64,000 bases of DNA from Mustelus asterias (Eukaryota). The DNA is taken from assembly GCF_964213995.1 (NCBI RefSeq), contig NW_027590175.1:806001-870000 (forward strand), in the 5' to 3' direction. Below, piece by piece: positions 11,416-19,916 of this stretch (position 1 is its first letter; each line of letters opens with the position of its first letter). Under the pieces are notes generated by a model, which was not told the DNA's origin, did not search any database, and was given only the letters and a program-made list of their open reading frames with translations. Both the position numbers and the translations under genes were made by a program.

Positions 11416-11487
11416 GGTTTCATGATGTAACGGTGAGCACGTTGGACTTTCAATCCAGCAGTCTGAGTCCGAATCTCGGTGGAACCA
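11416..11487 (+). pseudogene. tRNA-Gln-derived pseudogene with TTC (Glu) anticodon
   Basis: GGTTTCATG..AGCAC.TTGGA CTTTCAA TCCAG..GAGTCCGAATCTCGGTGGAACC: Gln body, anticodon TTC, B-box TTC changed to TCC. Confidence 0.7.
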
Positions 11488-11517
11488 TGATTCTCATCGT
11501 CCCAACTCCTGTTTATC

Positions 11518-11850
11518 TTCATAGAAATCATAGAAACCCTACAGTGCAGAAGGAGACCATTCGGCCCATCGAGTCTGCACCGACCACAATCCCACCCAGG
11601 CCCTACCCCCATATCCCTACATATTTACCCACTAATCCCTCTAACCTAGACATCTCAGGACACTAAGGGGCAATTTTTAGTATGGCCAATCAACCTAACC
11701 CGCACATCTTTGGACTGTGGGAGGAAACAGGAGCACCCGGAGGAAACCCACGCAGACACAGGGAGAATGTGCAAACTCCACACAGACATTGACCCAAGCC
11801 GGGAATCGAACCCAGGTCCCTGGAGCTGTGAAGCAGCAGTGCATCTTGTG
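11518..11850 (-). mobile_element. HE1-like SINE with 13-bp target-site duplication
   Basis: Reverse complement of the 3772 SINE; flanked by ACTCCTGTTTATC at 11505-11517 and 11851-11863. Confidence 0.9.
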
Positions 11851-11889
11851 ACTCCTGTTTATCCTGTTCATGTTGAGTGAGGTTTTGAG

Positions 11890-11928
11890 AGTTTTTGTAC
11901 AGGTTCAGCCCAGCTCTGTGTCTCTGTG
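11890..11928 (-). promoter_or_regulatory. 23-RSS of V2
   Basis: Minus strand CACAGAG (11928-11922) + 23 nt + ACAAAAACT (11898-11890). Confidence 0.9.
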
Positions 11929-12820
11929 GGTCTCCGTGCGCAGTAATACACCCCGAAGTCTGCCAGCTCTGTTTTAGACATTTTCAGCGGGACGGTACGG
12001 GTTGTATCATTGAGCTCTGCTGATAAACGGTCCCCTGGGAATCTCTCTTTGTTCCCGGTGTATTTGCTTCTCCTCAGCAGGTACTCCATGGATCCGCTGG
12101 GATACTGACGGTACCAGAATAGGTAATAATTGCCAGTGCTTGCAGTTGTATAATTACAGAAAAACTGAACATCATCTCCTTCACTCACTGTGACTGCAGC
12201 CGGCATCTGTGAAACTGAATCTCCTCTACATTGTCCTGTAAGAGCCAAGAGTCATGCTAAATTAAACGATGTCAGTTCACTTTGTTTAATGGCCGGATTC
12301 GGCCCGTCACCCTGGCCAGTAATCTGAAAAACGAATCACAGCATCTAAACAGGAATATAAATCCCGCAACACGCAGGTTGTAACGGGGACGTGTTTGTCG
12401 CGGTTAAATGACACTCCGTTAAATGAACACCTCCTGAGGAGATCAGATCCTCGCCTTCGTTTCACGTTATTTGATGGGGAAACTAAACTGTCCGTGGGTT
12501 TTAGATCTCGGGTTTGTCAACGCTTTCATCCAGATTTTATCAAGTTTGTCAAAGTCCCTCAGCGGCTCCGGCGGGGCCTGCAATCCCACCTTAATTCTTC
12601 ACTCTCATTCAGCTGAGGTATTTTGCCTCCTCCCTTGGTGAGACAAAGATGATTCTAATTGATATTAGAATCAATATATATTTTTACCAGTGCGTTAATC
12701 GAACTGCTCAATTGAATGCAGTGAATGGTAAATATGTGAAACGCAGAGTTTGTAACTTGTGAACCTACCGGTTAGTAGAGCTGCAGCTGTGAGGAATAAG
12801 CTCAGAGCCACAGGAGACAT
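11929..12820 (-). CDS. T-cell receptor alpha/delta-type V gene segment V2 (leader exon 12820-12769, V exon 12235-11929), open frame
   Basis: Leader MSPVALSLFLTAAALLT then G|GTAGG; acceptor CTTACAG|GA; GQCRGDSVSQ..FFCNY..YLFWYRQYP..DRLS..DFGVYYCARR, then the RSS. Confidence 0.9.
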
Positions 12821-13149
12821 GTTTGCAGAGAGGTCGAAGGGGATGTGAGCAGAGAGGGTTGAAGTTGAAATTGTAATTGTCAAGAGCTGGTGAGAAGTTG
12901 AGTTACATCCGGGCCGTTGTTGATTGGTTCATTCCTGACACCATCATTCATTGACATCCAACCTTAGAATTCCATTGTCTTCAAATGACCCAATCAGCGC
13001 ACGGCTCCCTTGGCTCTCAGCGTGGGGAGAAACAAACTAAGCAGTTTGTTCCCCCCTCGGGGACCTGGACAGGGATGAGACCCAAACTTGTCCATTTAAT
13101 CGCTTCAACCTGTAAAGCGGAGTGAGAACAGGAAATCGGTTAATTTTAT

Positions 13150-13625
13150 TAAATTTTTAACTGTTCTCTTCCTTTTATTCCTGTATTGTCTTTCTTATCC
13201 GCCTCCTACTCTTTCCCCTTTCCTTATCTTTTCTCCTCCTTTGCTTCCCTTTCTCCCCGTTTTCACCTCTCTCCCACCAATTTTACCTCTCTCCCACCAA
13301 TATCCCTCCTCCCCCCTTATCTTCATCTGTCACAGCTTACCCTCTGATTTCAGCTTCTCTGCCGTTTGGCCATTCACACCTACTATTTCCTCTATGGACT
13401 GCAATTAGCAGCCTTTCCCTTTGTTTTTGTGGCTATGACTCATATTTCATTCCCTCACCCTACAGTATAAATATCTCCCACTTTCTATGCATTTTAGCTT
13501 TGACAAAGGGTCATCCGGACTCGAAACGTCAGCTCTTTTCTCTCCTTATAGGTGCTGCCAAAGCAGCAGAGATATTCCAGCATTTTTCTTTTGGTTTCAG
13601 CATCCGCAGTAATTTGCTTTTATTT
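13150..13625 (+). mobile_element. Penelope-like element 3' terminal region
   Basis: Pyrimidine-rich stretch, TATAAATA, hammerhead-like motif at 13496-13534, and the shared TTCCAGCA..TTTCAG..GCAGTAATTTGC tail. Confidence 0.6.
13496..13534 (+). ncRNA. Minimal type-I hammerhead ribozyme motif (U3-A8 variant)
   Basis: AGCT-TTGACAA-A-GGGTC-ATCCG-GACTC-GAAA-CGTC-AGCT: stem I AGCT/AGCT, stem II GGGTC/GACTC, palindromic ACGT stem III, GUC cleavage triplet. Confidence 0.6.
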
Positions 13626-13949
13626 TAAATTAGTTAATGTTGTTCCTGAATCATAGCTGGAGCCCAAATTAAAAGAGCTGATCTCGAACTGTGAAAGCTC
13701 ACCATAGCTGATGCAAGAGGCCACTGAGTCCTGAGAGAATTGAATAGAACAATGTGGTAAATAGCCAAACAGCATCTTTTAAATGGGATGAATGGAGGGC
13801 TAGAATTGGCTATTTAATAGATTTACGCAGAATGAGAGTGGGTGGACTCCGCATGTAGACCCTGACCTTAGGATCTCGATCACTTGCAATATTCGCAGCA
13901 TACTTATACAAAAAAAATCGTGTTCACGGTAAAGGGGTGGTTCGTCCAA

Positions 13950-14843
13950 ACTATGTTTCTGCATTTGTTCCTTCAATCAAATTTTCTTCAGTAAAGACAC
14001 GCGCTCCGATAATGAACTTAATGCAATGTCCTTCTGTCCTCTCCTGGTGGCAAAAAAGGACTACAATATGCAACTTTAAAACAACCTGTTTCATTTCTGG
14101 AAGCAAGATTGATTCCAACAACTGCTGATCATTCTCCTCAGTATGAAGTATATTTTTAATTTCTCTTCTTTTTGATTGCGCCTGGTGGTATTCACATCTG
14201 AGAAAGTACCTGCACCAGTGTTCAACTGGTTTCCAACACTGTGAAATTTGGACGCAGGACTAAACGGCAGCTTTGCTTAGTTGCAGCCTAAAGTTGGTTA
14301 ACACAATGATTTTTTTAAAATGTCGGGTTGCGCAGAAATCGGTTTTGGCAAACTGCTTGATCATCACCATCAATTGGGTATTTTGTCAGAATTAACACTG
14401 GCTATGTTTCATGATGTTAGATCCAGTTTCCACTATTCCCCCCAACCCGCATCTTGTATTAGAAATAGATTTTATGTCATCCATTCTACTTCTACCTGAA
14501 CTCCTGAAGATAGAGGTGGAGTGACACAGTGATCCGCTCTAAAAGGATTGTTGGAACATCGGATGATCAATGAGTTGCAACAATGAAAATCGGATTTAAT
14601 ACCACCAGGCGCAATCAAAAAGAAGAGAAATTGAAAATATACTTCATACTGAGGAGAATGTATGATCAGCAGTTGTTGGAATCAATCTTGATTCCAAAAA
14701 TGAAACAGGTTGTTTTCAAGTTGTATATTGTAGTGCTTTTTTCCACCAGGAGAGGGCAGAAAGGCACTGCATTAAGTTCATTATCGGAGCGCGTGTTTTT
14801 ATTGAAGAAATTTTGATTGAAGGAACAAATCCAGAAACATAGT
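13950..14843. repeat. Inverted repeat, about 245-bp arms (13950-14192 and 14598-14843) with about 405-bp spacer
   Basis: The arms are reverse complements with scattered mismatches, e.g. TTTGATTGCGCCTGGTGGTATT / AATACCACCAGGCGCAATCAAA. Confidence 0.9.
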
Positions 14844-15414
14844 GTTAACACTGATAACAAACTTATTATTTTTTGAAATATTCTTATGAATTGTCAATGT
14901 TGCCACTCCTGTAGTTATGTAACATACATTCGATGGCTAGACCAGTTCCCATTGCACAAGTTCCCAAATTATCGAACGATATTTTAGGACTAACATCAGG
15001 ACCTTCTTCTTGTCAGACCGGGACTGGTCACAGTGTGGAATGAAACTTCAGAAAGAACGAGAGAGCAAAATGCACTACAATCGTTGGATCGTAGAACAAA
15101 AGGAAACTTGTAAGCTCTCCCGCAATAAAAGAGCTATAACACGAAGGAGGAAACAGCTGTTCTCATTTATAACTATCTTGTGAACTGCAACTTGTCGAAG
15201 ATCCAAGTGAAGAATTGCACCCTGGAATTACCAGTATTCACCAGTAGAGAGCAGTGTGTCGCGTGAGAAATATTTAATCTGAGCGTGTCAGGTGTGTACT
15301 CAGAGGCTGTGTGGGCCTGTGTCAGTGTGAAACACTCAGTATGGGTGGCTAAAGTAGAACCCGCCTAATGTTGTCAGTTCAACATAAACACGGCACTGAA
15401 CTGAACCCGAAGGT

Positions 15415-17460
15415 TCAGGTATGTCCCTGTCAGGCAAGGAGGAATTGGTAGGGCTAGGGAACCGTGGTGCACCAAAAAAGTTTCTTTGTTGGTTAAAAAG
15501 AAAAAGGAGGCTTATGTTCGGATGAGACGTGAGCACTCGGGTAGTGCACTAGAAAGCTTTAGATTGGCTAAGAGGGAGTTGAAGAGCGAGCTTAGAAGGG
15601 CTAAAAGGGGACATGAGAAGACTTTGGCGGATAGGGTTAAAGAGAATCCTAAGGCGTTCTATAGGTATGTCAAGAACAGAAGGTTGGTTAGGGCAAGTTA
15701 GGGCCAGTTATAGATGGCAGAGGGAAGTTATGTGTGGAACCGGAGGAGATTGGTGAAGCATTGAACCAATATTTCTCTTCGGTGTTCACGCAAGGGGACA
15801 TGAATATAGCTGAGGAGGACACTGGGTTGCAAGGGAGTAGAATAGACAGTATTACAGTTGATAAGGAGGATGTGCAGGATATTCTGGAGGGTCTGAAAAT
15901 AGATAAATCCCCTGGTCCGGATGGGATTTATCCAAGGATTCTCTGGGAGGCAAGAGAAGTGATTGCAGAGCCTCTGGCTCTGATCTTCAGGTCGTCGTTG
16001 GCCTCTGGTATAGTACCAGAAGATTGGAGGTTAGCGAATGTTGTCCCATTGTTTAAGAAGGGGAACAGAGACTTCCCCGGGAATTATAGACCGGTGAGTC
16101 TCACTTCTGTTGTCGGCAAGATGTTGGAAAAAATTATAAGGGATAGGATTTATAGTTATTTGGAGAGTAATGAATTGATAGGTGATAGTCAGCATGGTTT
16201 TGTGGCAGGTAGGTCGTGCCTTACTAACCTTATTGAGTTTTTTGAGAAAGTGACCAAGGAGGTGGATGGGGGCAAGGCAGTGGACGTGGTATATATGGAT
16301 TTTAGTAAGGCGTTTGATAAGGTTCACCATGGTAGGCTTCTGCAGAAAATGCAGATGTATGGGATTGGGGGTGATCTAGGAAATTGGATCAGGAATTGGC
16401 TAGCGGATAGGAAACAGAGGGTGGTGGTTGATAGTAAATATTCATCATGGAGTGCGGTTACAAGTGGTGTACCTCAGGGATCTGTTTTGGGGCCACTGCT
16501 GTTTGTAATATTTATTAATGATCTGGATGAGGGTATAGTTGGGTGGATTAGCAAATTTGCTGATGACACCAAAGTCGGTGGTGTGGTAGACAGTGAGGAA
16601 GGGTGTCGTAGTTTGCAGGAAGACTTAGACAGGTTGCAAAGTTGGGCCGAGAGGTGGCGGATGGAGTTTAATGCGGAGAAGTGTGAGGTAATTCACTTTG
16701 GTAGGAATAACAGATGTGTTGAGTATAGGGCTAACGGGAGGACTTTGAATAGTGTGGAGGAGCAGAGGGATCTAGGTGTATGTGTGCATAGATCCCTGAA
16801 AGTTGGGAATCAAGTAGATAAGGTTGTTAAGAAGGCATATGGTGTCTTGGCGTTTATTGGTAGGGGGATTGAATTTAGGAGTCGTAGCGTTATGTTGCAA
16901 CTGTACACAACTCTGGTGCGGCCGCACTTGGAGTACTGTGTGCAGTTCTGGTCCCCACATTACAGGAAGGATGTGGAGGCTTTGGAGAGGGTGCAGAGGA
17001 GGTTTACCAGGATGTTGCCTGGTATGGAGGGGAGATCCTATGAGGAGAGGCTGAGGGATTTGGGATTGTTTTCGCTGGAAAGGCGGCGGCTAAGAGGGGA
17101 TCTTATTGAAACATATAAGATGATTAGAGGTTTAGATAGGGTGGATAGTGATAGCCTTTTTCCTCTGATGGAGAAATCCAGCACGAGGGGGCATGGCTTT
17201 AAATTGAGGGGGGGTAGTTATAGAACCGATGTCAGGGGTAGGTTCTTTACCCAGAGGGTGGTGAGGGATTGGAATGCCCTGCCAGCATCAGTAGTAAATG
17301 CGCCTAGTTTGGGGGCGTTTAAGAGATCCGTAGATAGGTTCATGGACGAAAAGAAATTGGTTTAGGTTGGAGGGTCACAGTTTTTTTTTTAACTGGTCGG
17401 TGCAACATCGTGGGCCGAAGGGCCTGTTCTGCGCTGTAATGTTCTATGTTCTATGTTCTA
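15415..17460 (+). mobile_element. CR1/HER1-like LINE, 5'-truncated, with uninterrupted RT ORF (15734-17365)
   Basis: 543-aa ORF with [26 protein letters not shown] and FADD; 3' (ATGTTCT)n tail at about 17439-17460. Confidence 0.95.
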
Positions 17461-17531
17461 AAATACTTGGTTCCGGGTTAATTTTCATCTCCTGGTTCAA
17501 AGCTGACCTCGGTGTTGTGTGTGAACTGAGA

Positions 17532-17864
17532 ATGGTCAGGATTTGCATCGACGTTTTGTTGTTTTTCACTCTGATCTGCACGGGGATGACCGGAGAAGCT
17601 GAGTTGCTGCAGCTCCCTCCACGGATGGTTATCAGTGAAGCGAGAAAGATATCCATGAACTGCACTATTTCCATTACGTTTGACACCGTGCGTTGGTATA
17701 AACAGCTCCCGAATCAGTCGCCCCAGCATCTGGTGATGGCCACAAGCGGAACCGATCAACACGGGAGGATCACTGCTTCGATCGGAGAAGGCAACAAACT
17801 CAGCATCCTGACTGTGAGAGACGTACAGGTTTCAGACACTGCCACCTATTTCTGCACCATGAGG
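17532..17864 (+). CDS. T-cell receptor alpha/delta-type V gene segment V3, leader and V in one exon
   Basis: MVRICIDVLLFFTLICTGMTG-EAELLQLP..MNC..VRWYKQLP..SDTATYFCTMR is continuous with no intron; followed by an RSS; resembles V1. Confidence 0.85.
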
Positions 17865-17903
17865 CACACTGTAATCAACACAGGCAGGTCCCGTACCAAA
17901 ACC
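17865..17903 (+). promoter_or_regulatory. 23-RSS of V3
   Basis: CACACTG (17865-17871) + 23 nt + ACCAAAACC (17895-17903). Confidence 0.85.
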
Positions 17904-18524
17904 TGCACCGTTTTCAAAAACCGCTCCGCAGAAATATCAGTGTTTCAACAAGCGCGGTATTAAATTCCAATCGTAAGGGGGGTGAGAGCAAAACATTTCT
18001 TGAATCAGAAAATTTTAAAAAGCTTAAAATGAAGAGAGTTGGGAATGTATTCAAAGAAAATGGAAGAGGTTACATGCAAGTCAGAATGAAAGGAAGACAA
18101 AGCGAAAAAGTGCAGTAAGAATACGTAAAGAGCTCAAAAAATCCGGAAGCAATGCAAAGAAGAAAGTCAAAAATAGCGACTGTGATGTGATGCATTTTGG
18201 CAGGAAAGAAGCGTATTAAATAAAAGGTGCGAGATTGCAGAAGTCTGAGATGCAAAGGGATTTGCCTGTCCTCGTGCGTGAATCACAAATGTTCTCTTAC
18301 AGGTACAGCAAGAAATGAGAATATTGTCGTTCAGCTCAGTTGCTGGATATCTGGTTAGTGATGCAAAGCATCAATATCTGTACCCGGTGAGGTCATTCAT
18401 GAAGCTGCCGCCATCTCAACCTCGACCGCTCTCCTGAGGCGATGTGCGATCCTCAGGTTAAATCGCCTCCAGCCTCTGCGGCTATGGCGACTTTGCCTTT
18501 ATTGCCACCGTCTCACGGCGTGAG

Positions 18525-18539
18525 AGCGCCCTCTGCTGA
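18525..18539 (-). promoter_or_regulatory. CTCF-consensus site adjacent to the V4 RSS
   Basis: Minus strand TCAGCAGAGGGCGCT, close to the CCAGCAGAGGGCGCT core; 25 bp beyond the V4 nonamer. Confidence 0.55.
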
Positions 18540-18564
18540 GCACTAACTGGAACACTTACTCTGG

Positions 18565-19342
18565 GGCTTTTGTATCAGATCCGCTATCGCAGTGTGGGGT
18601 TTAAGTCACATAAATATACCTCACAGTCAGTCATCAGCGTGTTGCCGATCATTAACTCGGTAATCTTGACAGTTTTATTTAATGAAGCTGGAAGCGGTCG
18701 CTGATGTCGGTGTGTTTGTACAGTTTCCCTCCCATAATACGAAGCATGTCGTGTGGAGGCTGCTCGGGGCTCTGACTATAACCAGTACACATAAGGGTTA
18801 GAAGTGCTCGTCTTCATGTTGCAGGTAACTGTGACATTACTTTCCTCTTCAGTTGTTATTTTGGCATCCGACTGCTGCACCGTGTCTTGGTGACACCATT
18901 CTAACATAAAATAAGGGCAAACATAAAAGTAATGTTTAAATAAAAGTAATTTTATGCCTCGTCCCAGTGGGACTAGGCATAAAATGGTTCGGCACAGACA
19001 AGAAGGACCAAAAGGCCTGTTTCTGAGCTGTAATTTTCTATGGATCTAATCAGTACGAGCCGAATATTCCTCAACAAAATCGTCATCAGAACGATCATTA
19101 TTATTTGTCAGCAATAACATTTGGTTTTGCGGAAAGGAAATACATAAACACGTCGAAGATAGGAGCAGGAGTAGTCCATTCAGCCCTTGGATCCTGCCCA
19201 GCCATTCATTTTGATCAATGTTTGATCATACAACTCAATAACCGGATCCCATTTGCCCCATATCCTTTGATCCCCTTTGCGCCAAGAGCTACTTACTGAG
19301 CAGTGGGATAATGATGAGGATCGGAATGAGATAGTTTACCAT
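18565..19342 (-). pseudogene. TCR V pseudogene V4 (leader 19342-19297, V exon 18900-18597, defective RSS 18596-18565)
   Basis: Leader MVNYLIPILIIIPLL then A|GTAAGT; acceptor TGTTAG|AA; KWCHQDTVQQSD..VTVTCN..PYVYW [+1 nt] YSQSPEQPP..ISDRF [-1 nt] ASLNKTVK..TDCEVYLCDLN; CACACTG + 16 nt + ACAAAAGCC. Confidence 0.85.
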
Positions 19343-19916
19343 GATCCTTCCTGAGTCTGTAACTCTGCAGTGAAAGAAATCCTCTGTCAGAGACAGAAAT
19401 ACAGTTGCCCGTCCCACTGCATTGCTCATCCAACCAATGAGAGGAGTGCAGCAATCTGCCCAATCACACAATCGGGTCAGAGTGAGAGCAGCAAACGGGC
19501 GCGGATACGGAGTGAAGTGTGCGATGACTCTCAGCTGCACTCGGAGCGAATGGAGCGGAAATAGCGATGGTTAAATCTACAGAAGTCTCTGACCATTCTG
19601 CACCTGCTCACTGTTCAAGTCTCTAACAATAAATAGAGCGACTGGGACATGAAGCAACGAGAATCATAGAATTTTTGAGCAGCGAATGAAGCCATTCGTC
19701 CTATCTATGTCTCTTTGGAAGAGTTCTCCAAATCATCATTCATCCCTGCAATTGACAGGATTCTTTGTTCAAAGAACAAAGAACAAAGAACAGTACAGCA
19801 CAGGAAACAGGCCCTTCGGCCCTCCAAACCTGTGCCGCTCCTTGGTCCAACTAGACCAATCGTTTGTATCCCTCCATTCCCAGGCTGCTCATGTGACTAT
19901 CCAGGTAAGTCTTAAA

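Noticed and set aside
10802-11928. Direct V1-V2 recombination through the facing RSSs
   Set aside because: Both spacers are 23 bp, which violates the 12/23 rule.
13422-13450. TGTTTTTGT nonamer-like sequences (also near 1473 and 5326) as J-segment RSSs
   Set aside because: No heptamer at 12 or 23 bp and no FGxG-coding segment follows; they lie within PLE fragments.
17367-17531. N-terminal extension of the 198-aa ORF as a LINE-V fusion protein
   Set aside because: It starts at a non-ATG codon in the CR1 3' UTR and tail; the plausible start is ATG 17532.
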